Shown: positions 1 to 13,666 of the stretch, piece after piece
Position numbering within the stretch: the stretch's first letter is position 1
How the letters are laid out: each line of letters starts with the position of its first letter
Assembly (NCBI RefSeq): GCF_018977255.1
Contig: NW_024704742.1
Span: 65,226,001 to 65,286,000, forward strand
Reading direction: 5' to 3'
Length of the DNA stretch: 60,000 nucleotides
DNA from: Callorhinchus milii
Taxonomy: Eukaryota
Program-made: the position numbers and the translations under genes
The notes under the pieces: model-generated
What the model was told of the DNA's origin: nothing
Seen by the model: the letters and a program-made list of their open reading frames with translations, nothing else
Database searches by the model: none

Positions 1-339
1 TGTGGACAGGGGAGATTGACAGCCTTTTCCAGGCTTACAGTTTTGTAACTGTAGGTAAAGTGAATTGTGAATTACTAACAGATGATTCTAATTGCTCTTA
101 ACTAATACACTCCATCTGACGGAGTTTAACAGATATTCTCGTTATATTAATAAAGTGATAATTTGTATACTTGATATGCACTTCTATTCGTGATTGTATA
201 TAATTTTCTTATCTCATTTCTGGGAATCTCAATGAGTATGGACATTGATCACTTTGCACTGATCTTTTGAATTGTAAATATTTCTGCTCAGGGTGTCAGA
301 TATTACTCTAAAACCAAATGGTGACTTTAGTCCTTCCAC

Positions 340-1311
340 ATGTAGGTGGATGACATCCAACTCTATCTCTGTGCCTCCACCCTCAACTCCAGGACCATTG
401 CTGTCCTGACAGAATGTTTGTCATGCCAAGTCCTGGATAAGAACTAACTTTCTTCAACAAGACCGAGGCCCTCCTGATTGGCGCCTGTCAGCACCTCCAC
501 ACCTCAGGCACTGATAGAATCACCATTCAAGGATGCACACTCCATCCTTTTCACTGAGACAGTCCGAACCTTGGCAACTTGTTTGACCCTCAACTATCCT
601 TTCTACCCCACGTCTGTGCCATGACCCGCTCTGCCTTCCCCCACCTCTGCAACATCGCCCGGTTTTGCCACTGGCTCACACCGCAGGCCGTTGAAACCCT
701 CATACATGCATTCATAACATCCAAGCATGACTATGCAAACTCCTTGCTTGTCAGCCTATCCAACTCTTCCCCTCAATAGGTTGCAGATCATCCAGAACTC
801 TGCAGCCCATGTCCTCTCCGGCACCAGGCTCCATTACCCTATCACCCCATCTTTGCCCAATTCCACTGGCTTCCCATCACACAGAGAATACAGTTCAAGA
901 TCCTGGTCCTCACCTTCAAAGCCTCCATGGCCTTGCTCCCCCCTACCTTGCTCCTCTCCTAACCCTCTACCAGCCTCCCCCCTCCCTCCTCTCAGCAGGC
1001 TCTGGCCTGCTTCACGTCCCCCTCCTCGCCAACCCCACCATTGGCGGGCGGACCTTCAGCCACTCTGCCCCCACCGTCTGGAACTCCATCCCGCCAGTCT
1101 CTCTGCCTCGCCCCCTCCCTTGCCTCCTTCAAGACGCATCTCAAGACCCTTCTCTTCGACCATGCCTTCAATCACCTTCCTTGCTTCTCTGCCCTCCACC
1201 TTCCCCGATCCTGACCCCCAGCTCGGGTCCAAAACACTGATTGTCCAGCACCTTGGGATGTCCTCCAGAAGTGAAAGGCACTATACAAATGTAATTTTGT
1301 TGTTGTTGTTG
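340..1311 (+). mobile_element. L2 LINE 3' fragment
   Basis: Degenerate RLQIIQNSAA..LHGLAPPYL..GGRTFSHSAP ORF2 end, C-rich 3' UTR, (TTG)n tail. Confidence 0.88.
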
Positions 1312-2729
1312 ATGTTATTTAATTGCAGTTTTAAAATTTCTATTGTAGTAAACCACCATCCAAATACATTATAAATGACTGTTCAAACATGCTGCTATTA
1401 TAATAATGTATTATGTTTGTAGAATGTAAAATGTGATTGAGTGAAACAAGCCATCATCCACCTGATCAGAGAGATTTACCATCTATATCTCAGACTATTT
1501 TTTGCTTCATGTTGGATTGACACGTGAAGGTGCAAATTGCAGCCTGCGTTGCACAGAATTAATTAACGTTACTGTTAAATAATGCATCGCTGAAAATTCT
1601 GTTGATAACTAGACATCGACTGGTTTGCGGTGTGATAACTCCTGTGCCCTAAATCAATGGTTGAACCAAGCTTACGGAGAGTACTATTTGGTTATAAATT
1701 AGTGGGATACCAACTTAATTCTGTTCTATTTTTACTTGAATTAAACCAGTAAATTAATGTACTCCACCTATAAGTTAGGAAATTCTAGGCGAAGCAATTT
1801 CTGAATGTATCCTCCTGGATTCAAGGAGAAATATTATGGTAAAAAACATGCAGTTTACAGTTCTAGAATGGCTCCATTCTGATTAATTAGGATGGGCGCT
1901 ATGTCCTAATACGGGACTCAATTTGCCCCTACCTAACCATGGAAAAATACAGCACTGATCAGATATTACTGGTGCTATGATTCTCTATTAATATATTAGC
2001 TTGTTCAATGATCTTAAAGTAAGGTCCAGAGGTTCCCTTATCCTACTTGGCCCATCACTGGCGAATGGGGCTGTAATCTTGCAGCTGATGATCAAAAACA
2101 AAAACTTAGCAAGGGAGCAACTGTAAACTCATGTTCATTATCGTGGATTCCCCCAGGATAAGTTAATGGTTGAATCTGCAGAGCTGAATGTCACTCTAAT
2201 GTACTTGCCATGGTTCCATGTATTGTAGTTACTTTATAGTCAGTCTGCAGGGCATGAAAATTGACAATCGCCAACTTAGCTCACAGAATGAGAAGCGAAT
2301 AAATAATTTAAAAACGACTTAGTTAATTTACAACACTGCTCATCTCGAATCCAATTGAGGTTGATTTTATAAAATATGCATGCTTCCCGTTTTACCCTTT
2401 AAGCTTTCTCATTGATATCCCACATCAGCACATTTCTGGCCTCTGGTTGGAAATTGAGATTTTCTGAACAGCTGCGGCTAATGTTGCACCACGATATCCC
2501 AACTGTACCAGATGTGGGAATTTTCTCGCTTGTGCCTCCAGTTTCTACAATGAAGTGTCTTTCGGAGACACTGATTTGATTCCTTCAGCCAAGCCAGCTT
2601 GTGCCATTGTATGGCTCAGTTCGGTTCAGAACACTTTTTCTTACTCATGCCCAGATGCCAATTTCTATCTTTCAGCTCTACTCCTTCTCTCAGTGAGCAA
2701 TCCTCTTCAAGGATGAGATAGCTCGGGGA

Positions 2730-4805
2730 CAGAACAAATACATTCTGACAAAAGGGAAAAGTAGGGCATCCAAACCTCCCTGGTTGACAAAGGTAACTGT
2801 GTCTAGAATGAAGCAGAAAAAGGAGGTGTATGACAAATGTCAAACCTAAGATTCAGAAGACAACCAAATAGAGTATAGGAAATACAGTAGAGAAGAGAGC
2901 TGAAAAAGGAAATAAGAGGGGCAAAAAGATTATACGAAAAAAGGTTAGCGGGTAATATTAAAGGGAATCCTAATTTTTTTTACAAACATATCAAGAAAAA
3001 AAGGTTACTCAAAGGTAGGGTGGGGTCAATTAAGGATCAAGGCGGAAATCTTATTGTGGAGGTAGAGGGCATGGCTGATGTACTGAATGAGTACTTTGCA
3101 TCTGTCTTCACAAAAGAAGTGGATGCACCAAATGCCGCAGTATCAGAGGAGAGGGTAGAGGAAATGGATAGGATAAGTATAAACAAAGAGGAAGTACTGA
3201 AAAGGTTGACTGGGCTCAAGGTAGATAAGTCATCCGGTCCAGACGGGATGCAGCCAAGGGTACTATGGGAGGCAAGGGTACAGATAACGGAGGCTTTGGC
3301 TACAATTTTTCAATCTTCGTTGGACCCAGGGGTGGAGCCAGAGGACTGGAGAGTGGCCAATGTTACTCCCCTGTACAAAAAGGGGCAGAAGGACAAACCT
3401 GGGAACGACAGGCCAGTCAGCCTAACATCACTAGTGGGGAAACTCCTGGAGACTATAATCCGGGACAGAATAAATCTTCACTTAGAAGAATGTGGGTTAA
3501 TTAGGGACAGCCAGGTCAGATTGGTTAAAGGCTAATCTTGTCTAACAATTCTAATAGAAATTTTCGATGAGGTAAAGGAGAGGGCGGATAAAGGTAGAGC
3601 AGTAGATGTAGTTTATATGGACTTTCAAAAGGCATTTGACAAAGTGCCACATGAAAGACTTGTAAGAAAAATAGAAGCCCATGGTATAAAAGGGACAGTG
3701 GCAGCATGGACCCAGAACTGACTGGGAGACAGAAAGCAGAGAGTTGTGGTGAACGGCTGCTTTTCTGACTGGAGGGAAGTGTACAGTGGTATCCCCCAGG
3801 GATCGGTATTAGGACCACTGCTCTTCTTAATATATATAAATGATCTGGACTTGGGTATAGCAAGTACCATTTCCAAGGTTGCGGACGACACAAAGTTAGG
3901 TAGGGTGGTAAACAGTGAGAAGGATAGCAGCCAACTGCAGGAAGACATAGACAGAATGGTAAAATGGGCAGACACATGGCAGATGAATTTCAATGTGGAG
4001 AAATGCGCGATAATGCATTTTGGTAGAAAGAATGAGGGGAGGCAATACAGGCTGGTAATACAATCTTAAGGGGGGGTGAAGGAACAGAGAGACCTGGGGG
4101 TTCAGGTAAAGGAATCCTTGAAGGTGGAGGACAGGTAGATAAAGCTGTAAAAAGGGCAGATGGGATACTAGGCTTTATAAATAGGGCCATAGAGTACAAG
4201 AGTCAGGAGGTTATGATTAACCTATATAAAACACTGGTTAGGCCTCAGTTAGAATACTGCGCCCAGTTCTGGGCACTACACGATAGGAAGGATGTTAAGG
4301 AATTGGAGAGAGATTTACAAGGATGGTACCAGGAATGAGGGACCTTGATTCTGAGGAAAGGCTAGTGAGGCTGGGATTATTCTCATTGGAGCAGAGAAGG
4401 TTACGAGGAGATCTAATAGAGGTTTTCAAAATCATGAGGGGATTTGATAGGTTAGAAAAGGAAGAAATGTTTCCACTGGTGGGTGTGTCGGTGACTCGAG
4501 GTCACAGATTCAAAATAGTCTCTAAAAGAAGCAGAGGGGAGGTGAGAAGAATTTTTTTCACGCAGCGACTTGTTCGAATCTGGAGTGCATTGCCTGAAAG
4601 GGTGCTCAAGGCCGATTCGATAACAACTTTTAAAAACGCGGTGGATGAGTATTTGAGGAGAATGGGTTTGCAGAGTTATGGGGAAAGGGCTGGGGAGTAA
4701 GATTGACATTGCATTGCTCTTTTCAAAGAGCCGGCACAGACTTGATGGGCAGAATGGCCTCTTTTTGTGCTGTACGATTCTATAATTCTGTGATTCTATG
4801 AATCT
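2730..4805 (+). mobile_element. CR1 LINE, 5'-truncated, degenerate RT
   Basis: KSSGPDG, RPVSLTS, GIPQGSVLGPLLF, ADDTKL, RRLRGDLIEVFKI; (ATTCTRTG)n-type tail. Confidence 0.93.
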
Positions 4806-6476
4806 GTTTTTTTTGGAGGGATGCCTAAGCTGTGCACTGTACACATTTACTGCACTAAGGGTGCAATCTTCTCCCCTTTTCCAGTTCTTTCACATCTTTT
4901 TGTAAGTACAATGACCAAAGCAATTTTCAACAGTGCTTTATAATTAACATTTAACCATTTGGACTTGTGAATCTTGGCATTCAGCCAAACTAAATATTTG
5001 TCTGGCCTTCTGGGATATACTGTAATGATTCACTAGATTCATACCTAGGAATGAAGGAATTTACGCTGGGTAGATTTGAATTACATTCCTTTGAGCTAAC
5101 ACAAATTATAACAACTTGCATTTATATAGTGCCCTTACATGGGATAGTGTCTTGGAGCATTTAAGGGATGATCTGATTGAAGTGTTTAAAATAATACACA
5201 ACAATTTACAGTTATATTACGCCTTTCATGTCAGGAGGACGTCTCAAAGTGTTTCACAATGCTGGCTGGGCAACCAAACTGGGGGTGGGAACAGGGAGTG
5301 TGGGGGAAAGGTAGCCAAAAGTGCAGTCAAAGAGGTATGTTTTCAGATGTGTCTTGAACACGGGAGGGAGGGAATGCCTTGGAGGAACTGTGGTTTGGAA
5401 CTCCAGAGGAGCGGGGCAGAATGGCTGAAACCCTCCTGGCTAATGGTGGAGTGGATAAGAGGGGACATGAAGCAGACTGGTGTTCGCTGAGTGAAGGGAA
5501 CTGGCGGGACATTGTGGTTGAGGAGATCACAGAGATAGGGTCGGATGAGACTATTGAGGGATTTGAACATGTAAATTTGAATGTGTAACATGAGCTGACA
5601 AGTGTAAGACTCTTTCCTCTGGTAGTGTCTTGGCAAGGGAAGCCATCTTCACATTAGAGCTAAGGCAATTAGGAGAGAAATCAGAAAACATTTCTTCCCA
5701 CAAAGGTTGTGAGAATGTGGAAAGAACTATTCCAAAATGTTGTAAAAGCAACAGTATCAATTGGGAGGTTCAGAAGGGAGCTAGATATTTGAAAAGTAAG
5801 AGTATTAAGAGGTTTGGAGAAAAAAGCAGAGAAATGGCAATAAAAGATCTTCCGTGATTTAATAAACTGTCATAAAAACAACAACTTACTCAAACATTCA
5901 ACTAGGTCATAACAGGCCTGAATATCCTCCCCCTGTTCCGAGGTTCCTAATGTACAATTTGTCTTGACAACTGCTCAATGATCACACAGAAATCTTTTTC
6001 AGTTCCATTTTACAAACTTTACGCTGTGTAATCATTGCCCATTTTTAGCATCATTATTGGTGGTGGTATAAGTAAGCAAATGCCCACATGTGGTGAAAAT
6101 CTTTGATTTGAATTAAATTGCAAATAAAACCCAAACCAGTGAGCAGAAAGTTGCTCAAGCATTCATATGGGTGTCTGCCCCTGAAATAATATTGAGGCTG
6201 GGATCTGAGCCTAACTAATTAAAATAAGTATTGGAAAATAGGCCACTTTAGAACCAATTCACTGCAACTACAGTATAACGTTGCATTTCTTAATATTAAA
6301 TGCCATGTGTGGCTCCCTGGCCAGTAGCTGAGCTTACATTTAAAAAAATCTCTCTTCTTACACCTCAGATCCCCACTTGGTTTGGTGTAATCAGCAACTT
6401 TAGAATTCCAATCTGCATAAAATCTGCTTCATTCAGATCAAAAAAAGTTTTTTTTAAGGTAAAAGTAGAATGATTC

Positions 6477-6765
6477 TAATAATAATAATAATAATAATAA
6501 TCCTTGCATTTGATATAGCGCTTTTCACGTCAGGAGGACGTCCCAAAGGGCTTCACAGAACACACTGTAAAGTGAATTGACTGTATATTTGTGGGCGAAT
6601 GCGGCAGCCAATTGCGCACAGCAATGTCCCACAAACAGTCGTAGATTGAAAATGACCAATTTATTTTTGGTTTAGGTTTTGGAGGGATTATTATTAGGCT
6701 CTGTGTGGAGTAAGGAAACTTGCCCAAGGTTTCGCCCTGCCTGGAATTGAACTCAGGTCTCTCGC
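6477..6765 (-). mobile_element. Young SINE, 5'-truncated
   Basis: Same family, lacks the A box. Confidence 0.88.
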
Positions 6766-8320
6766 TGCTCTTCAGTCAGCCTAAGATTACAAGAAAAAAA
6801 ATGGCTCACTCCTTGTGATTTTTAGCTGGTTTGCAAGATGACAAGGTGATTTGCAAATCTTCAGGAAACCATCTTCAAGAAATGCTACACTTGAACCAGC
6901 TGCAACTTTAAATTAAGACTCTTTTGCTTTCCTTGTTAATTGTACTTTATGGTCTGTGTATTATTTCTGACTGAGTTCATTTAATGTCTTTTCCATGTAA
7001 ATACATTTATTTGGATTAATCAAAACAAGACTACACCAGGGTGCAATACTTCTATGAAACTGGAAGTGTAGCTGGAGCCAATGCTGAATCTAGTAAATAT
7101 AAAGGAATGATTGTGGTTCTGAAAAACAATATTACTACAACCAATTGTTAGTAAGGCACATTTCTAAATCACAAGATAAGAGGGACAAGAATCCCTCGTA
7201 AGAAGGGAAGTTCATAATAAATAATGGGGCACTTGCTATCCCAACCACTACGACAGGGCTCGTAGAATATATTAATACTAGTTATGATGCTTTGCCACAT
7301 TGGCCAACGTACCACAGCTTGAGGAATCAATCATATAGGTAAGACAACCGCCATCTGTGTGCTGCAAAGCAATAATCCGATTGAGGGGTTCAATTCAGAT
7401 GGTGCCATAACTGTGAGCTATTCATCAGGTGAACCCATAGATTAGATTAAATAATAATAATCCTTGAATTTAATATAGGGCTTTTCAAGTCTTCTAGACG
7501 TCTCAAAACGCTTCACAGAATATACTGTAAAGTGAATTGACGGCATTTTTGTGGGCGAAACGCAGCAACCAATTATGCACAGCAGTGTCCCACAAACAGT
7601 TGTTAATTGAAGTGACCAAATTATTATTGTTTTTTTTCTTGAGGGATTATTATCAGGCGTATTAAAACCTTTAATTCTCTGACAGATATCTCATGCATTT
7701 ATATTCTTCATTTTCCTTAACAGTAATTACTTCTTTCAATACTGGAGACAAATTCTGAATGACACAGGATCCCACAGGATAGTGGACTATGTAGAACTTT
7801 ACAGATTTAATTTAATGATTTTTTTCCCTTTCCACATGGTTCATCAGCATTCATTCTCTCCAATGTGGTTTTCTGCTTATTTTCCTTATTAAAGGCAGCA
7901 GCTGCCTGTACAACCGATTCTGTCTAATGAGAATACCACTGCATTGAAGTCAAACCACAAGATAATGATTAGTTCAATATCCTATTCATAATAATTGTTG
8001 CATCTGATATAGCACCTTAGCAAGTGAAAAAGTGCTTCATTGAATTTTTCTGTAAAGTGTAATGACTCTAATTGTAGGCAAAAGCAGCAGTCAAATTGCG
8101 CACCATAAGGTCTCATATTAGCCAAGAAATGAATGACCAATTTTGATTTTAGCCTGGAAGATTGTTGGCTTGAACACCAGGAGAAAATCCCTTCTCTTTT
8201 CAAATAGTTCCACAGATACGTCAACCAAACAGGTACTTGGGATCTCAACACCAAATCCAAAGGACAGCATCTCTGACAATGCAGTGCTCCTCAACACTGC
8301 ACTGAAGCATCAGCCTAACC

Positions 8321-8452
8321 CAATGGTGGCCAATCTTGGTTGACCAACAACACATGCTTCTTGATTGAATGATTGATTTATACATAAATCCATACTATTT
8401 TGTTGTTACTATGATTATTTTGTTGGCCAAACAAAAAGGTTGGCCACCACTG
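8321..8452. mobile_element. hAT-type MITE
   Basis: 16-bp TIR CAATGGTGGCCAATCT / CAGTGGTGGCCAACCT; 8-bp TSD GCCTAACC/GCCTAGAC. Confidence 0.75.
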
Positions 8453-8482
8453 GCCTAGACTATTAGCTCAAAGTCCTGACAC

Positions 8483-8845
8483 AATAATAATAATCCTTGC
8501 ATTTGATATAGCGCCTTATCATGTCTTCGAGACGTCTCAAGGCGCTTCACAAAATATACTGTGAAGTGAATTGACTGTATATTTTGTGGGCGAATCATGG
8601 CAGCCAATTGCACACAGCAGTGTCTCATAAACAGTCGTGGATTAAGTAACCAATTTTTTTTTGCAGGAATTATTATCCCCAGAAAGCGATCCGCCAATCG
8701 ACTAACAACCAGGTTTCTACTTACTGCTAGATAAACAGAGGCGTGCGAGTAAGAAAACTTTTCAACGTTTCGCCCTTCTGGGAATCGAACCCAGGTCTCT
8801 CACTTGCGAGGCAAGTACTCTAACCACTGAGCTACAGGACTCCAC
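8483..8845 (-). mobile_element. tRNA-derived SINE (long subfamily)
   Basis: Same head and tail plus an extra CTGTTTACCTAGCAGTAAGTAGGAAC...GATTGGCGGATCGC-type segment; other copies at ~12970-13280(-), 14660-14990(+), 24914-25277(+), 26852-27166(+), 35095-35413(+). Confidence 0.88.
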
Positions 8846-10558
8846 AAGAATGGTACCAGCTGGGCTAGGTTGGCACCTGAAATGCAGATGCCATCCAGAG
8901 TGTTAATGAGTTAATAAATATATTAACTTTACAATATAGAGCACAATTCCATTCAATGATAATAAAGGGGATTGATTTAAGTGAAAATGATCAGAATTGT
9001 AAAATTGAATGAACAGTGGATGCACACTGAAAATATCTGCAATGCTTGATATTTCCTGTGAAAATGCCTCCCGTTATTCTGACATTCTGTATCCGCAGGC
9101 TATCACAGCAGCTAGCATATGGTAACAGCATGGAATTTTTCCAACAGCTTTGGGTTTTGATCAGGAAGAGGAGCGTTGAGACTGGCGGATTGTGCATTTA
9201 CTTTGTTCAGTAGGAGTTGGCCTCCATTCGCACAGGAACAAAGTGATTTCAAATTGCACATTCTGTCATAGCAAAGAATTTATGTTGCACTGATAACACT
9301 GTGCCAGAACAGTGAGATTTGTGAGCAGTAGTCTTCAGTGCATCTGTTTCAGGGCTTTCAAGGTCATAGAAAATACAACTAGTTACCCTCCTAAATTGTA
9401 TTAAGTTGCTACTGTGTGTATGTGTGTGCGTATGTGTGTGTGTATCTGTGTGTGTGGGGGGCGGGTGGGAGGGAGGGGAGGGGCGGGAGCAGTGGTCTCA
9501 GAATCCTTGTTTTTAATTTTGCTAATAATTAATTCAAAGCAAATCTTTCAAGAACAAATTAGATAGATTTCTGTTAAGAAATAATATCTCAGGATACAGT
9601 ATATAGTTTGGGACATGACATGTGCATGCGACTGCCAGGATGGTGGAACTGGGTGGACCTTGGTCTTCTTTTGTCTAGGAATTCTTATGTTCTCAATTCT
9701 TGGAGCCACATAAAAATTATAATAATAATCTTTGCATTTGATATAGCACCTTATCACGTGTTCGAGTCATCTCAAAGCCCTTCAAAGAACATACTGTAAA
9801 TTGAATTGACTATATTTTGTGGGCAAAACACGGGAGCAAATTGCACACAGCAGTGTCCCACAAACAGTCGTGGATTGAGTGACCAAATTATTATTATTTT
9901 ATTATTTGATAACATAACCAGAATACATCCAACCCATGGATCAGTCAGTTTTTAAAGACTGACTTTATTGACTTTAAAGACTTTAACTTTATTCCTTCCA
10001 ATTTTTTCTCTTTCTCCATTTCTCAAAACAATGATGGACACTGCAGTACAGTTGGAAAGTACCAGCCACTCTCAAGTAGCTTGCCTAAGTGTTCAACGTC
10101 TCTAACAAACTCCTCACTCATCTCCCTAACTCCACTAATTACAAGCTCTGGCTCAAATGACCACAGCAAGCTCCAAATGATTGGATTCAAGGTATTCATC
10201 CAATCAATTCACTTTACAGTATATTCACAGTATATTTTATGAAGCGATTCGAGACGTCTCAACTTGATGAGGCACTATAACAATTGCAAGGATTATTATT
10301 CTTATTCTTCACCCTCACACCCTAGCACCTCTCTATCTCCACTCTTCTGCTTATCCTCTCCACTCGGCAAACTTGGGCCTGCTTCATGAAATTTGCTGTA
10401 AACATTAATTGCTTAATTATTGTCTTATTATGTTATTATATGCTCATGCAGGGAAAGGAAAAGAGGAGAAAAAAAATTAGTGTATTAAAAAGGTAGTAAC
10501 GTATTTCTCTTTACCTTCCTCTCCTCACTGTAGACTTATGAGAAGCAGTCAGACTCAC

Positions 10559-10733
10559 CTTTGTTTGAAGCTCCAGCATTGGAATCTTCTCAGGCATTGG
10601 AATTGCTCGGGGCTTCGGTTTTGTCAGGTTGAACTCCACTGGTATTGTCCGTTTGGGCTCCTTTATTTGAATAGCCACATTGTTAACTATGTTGGCTAAA
10701 GAATCAATGAGACTCTGGATCACTGGCTGCCAC
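10559..10733 (-). CDS. CFAP99: CFAP99 coding exon 5 (RWQPVIQSLIDSLANIVNNVAIQIKEPKRTIPVEFNLTKPKPRAIPMPEKIPMLELQTK); gene continues off the left edge
   Basis: 175 nt, AAG acceptor / AG|GTGAGT donor, phase 2->0; EFNLTKPKPRAIPMPE motif resembles human EFNLTIPRPRAIPMPE. Confidence 0.93.
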
Positions 10734-10794
10734 CTTTAAGAAAGAGAAATATGAATGGCTGTGCAAGCAGTATCACATGATGAACACAAAATCA

Positions 10795-11330
10795 ACAACA
10801 ACAATTTGTATGTATACAGTGCTTTCACACAATTGACTGGTAGTCTAAGCTGGGGGGAGGGGGAGGTGCTGAGGAGGGGATGGGCTGGTGGCCAAAAGTG
10901 CAATCAAAAAGATAGGTCTTATAGGTTTTGAAAACAGCGAGAGAAGGCATGAGTTAAAGACTGATGAAGGTCCAGAGATTGGGAGAAGATTAGCTGTTGG
11001 CTGGGGTGAGGGACATGAAGCAGCCGGATGTTTGCTGAGAGTGTGGCTGTGGTAGTCAAGTGACAAAGGTACGGAGGGCTGAGCCATGGAGGAATTTAAA
11101 AGTGAGCACAAAGATCTTGAATTTGATCTGCTGGGGTATGGGGAGCCAATGTAGACGAGTAAAGATGGAGGTGATGGGCTTGTGAAGCATGATGCAGGAG
11201 AGGGCAATGGCTGCAGAGTTTTGAATGGTCTACAGCTCGGGTAAGGAGAAGTTGGGGAAGGCCGGAGGAAGGGGTAGTGGCGGAGGTAGGCAATATTGTA
11301 GGGGTGAGGGAAAGCCGTGCTCATGAGAGC
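10795..11330 (-). mobile_element. L2 LINE 3' fragment
   Basis: CAACAA tail, G-rich reverse 3' UTR, FKILVL-type remnant. Confidence 0.7.
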
Positions 11331-12094
11331 CCAGAAGTAGAGACTGGAGCTGTGATATACACACAAAAGGACTGGTGGCATAAAAAGTCAAAGTCACCTT
11401 GTAAACACATCTTTTATGTTGCTCTTGGAATCCAACGTTAAATTGAAATTTGACAACTTTCTATCCTACAATTTCAGGTTATTCTGAAATTGTAGGATAG
11501 ATATAACCCTTTATTAAAGTTTATACCCTGCTTAAAATGACTAATCAAGCAGCTTTCAAACAGCCTTTATAAGGTGAAATGACAACTGCAAAATAATTTG
11601 AGTAATTAGCTGAGAAAGGCATTCCATGTCTCATGTTTTATATTTAAAAAGTTATATTTGCCATTGTCACCAAACAATTTTTTTAAAAAATAACTTTTTG
11701 TTTGGTCAGCCGGGTGTCTGATATATGCAGAAACCCATCCCCAGTTTAAGAGTCTCCAAACCATGCTGAGATTCCATGCAACCCGCCTACACATGGAAAT
11801 CCCAGAGATAAATTGTTGGAATGGAATGTGTACTTTCTCATTGGAGAGACGTATCCGTTTACCTAAATCTGGAAAGTATTAGGTGTTGCATATTGCTTTA
11901 ATGACTTAATTGGCAATTGGATATTGACAATGAAAAGCAAGTAAGCATAAAAGGATTCTGGAAAATTAACTGGGCAGATTGTGGAAGAGAGTGGAAGTGT
12001 AAGGTTTAAATAAAGGAACTAGTGAATCTAAACTACGTTTTGGATTTACAAACATTACATCACAGGATGGCAAGAGCTAAGGCTTGGGGATCCC

Positions 12095-13666
12095 AAATTA
12101 ATCCAAATTGGGAAAAATTAGCAATATTTAGAACCCATTTCTAAAACAATACTCGAAGCAACATTGTTTAAAAATGTGATTTCAAGCACAAAATGTACAT
12201 TCTTCTTTGTTGGGGTACTGATGGAGACTAACCAGCTAAAACCACATAGCTTGCCATTGAGAGCACTTCCCTCACCCCTACATTATTGCCTACCTCCGCC
12301 ACTACCCCTTCCCGTGGGCTTATTAACAACTTCTTCACATTCCGGCTTAATATTTCAGTTCTCTCCTTGCCGCACTCCCCAATTTCTCCCTACACGAGCT
12401 GCGGACCATTCAAAACTTTGCAGTCCTTGCCTTCTCCTGCATCAGGTTTCACTGTTGCCGCTTAAGATGTTGTCCAGCTATTTCAATGTTGGGACCATTA
12501 AAGCTAATGTCAATCAACAACAACAAATTACATCTGTATTGCGCGTTTTACGTCAGGAGGACGTCCCAATCCTATCCTCACCAAACGCCCATACATAGAA
12601 TCACATCTCCAGCAACAGTTACCGGATTGCAATCAGGAGCAGGAACCCTGGCTGGTTTTCTCATCCCTAACCTGGGTGTAGGGGCTAATTCCCATCAGCT
12701 AACTCAGAATAGATGGAGGATGAAACGTGGAAGTTTCCTGACTTACATGGATCAACTATTGTACTCACCAGGTGATCCATCACTTAGCTACTGAAAGGAC
12801 CAACAAATCATAGTTAATGTAGCTTTTTATAAAGGTGACAAGTGGAATGCAATTGGAAGCTGGGAGAGTGTTTTACACTTGTATGTTATTACACGAAAAG
12901 ATTAGGAGCACAGATCAGTAGTGAAAGAAGCAGGAACAACAACAACAACTTGCATTTATATTGTGACCTTAATAATAATAATAATCCTTGTAATTGATAT
13001 AGCGCCTTATCACGTCTTCGGAGACGTGTCAAAGTGCTTCACAGAATATACTGTAAAGGGAATTGACTGTATTTTGTGGGCAAAACGCAGCAGCCAATTG
13101 CGCACAGCAGTGTCTCACAAGCAATCCTGGATTGAGTGATCAAATTATTATTTTTTTTTTAAGGGATTATTTCCCCCAGAAAAGCGATCCTCCAATCGAC
13201 GAACAACCGGATTCCTACTTACTGCTTGGTAAACAAAGGAGTGTGGAGTAAAGAAACTTGCCCAACATTTTGCCCTGCCTTCATCATACTGGGAAACAAT
13301 GCCATTTTATTGGGTTTTAATTGTATTTTTCATGTGTGCTAACTGCATGTTAATGCATTTCTTAAGAATCCCAGCCCAAGCATTACATGGAAAAGAACAT
13401 CTCAGGCAACTCAAACTTCAAGGACAAACACATCCCTTGTCATACTCAAGTGACTCAGCACTCCAAAAATCAGGACAAAGGGACATAGATAAGCGTACTG
13501 ACACAGCTGCCAGAAAAATACAAAAGCAGTAACTTACATGACAAGGTTGTGGAAATTTATAGAAGAATTTACATTTTGTGGTTGAAATCACATTTTTAAA
13601 CAATGTTGCTTAGAGTATTGTTTTCGAAATTAAATATTGCTAATGTTTTCCAATTTGGATTAATTT
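12095..13666. repeat. ~110-bp inverted repeat pair (12095-12206 and 13561-13666)
   Basis: AAATTAATCCAAATTGG...AAGCAACATTGTTTAAAAATGTGATTTCAA...ATTCTTCT present in both orientations. Confidence 0.9.

Noticed and set aside
1..10500. Next CFAP99 exon (expected ..STY..PKEQ..NRRKAE-like)
   Set aside because: Candidate segments near 2640, 6800 and 7850 did not translate to matching sequence; probably left of the window
10511..10558. Extension of CFAP99 exon to an alternative donor at 10515
   Set aside because: Adds 44 nt (frameshift); the upstream AG|GTGAGT donor is stronger and in phase
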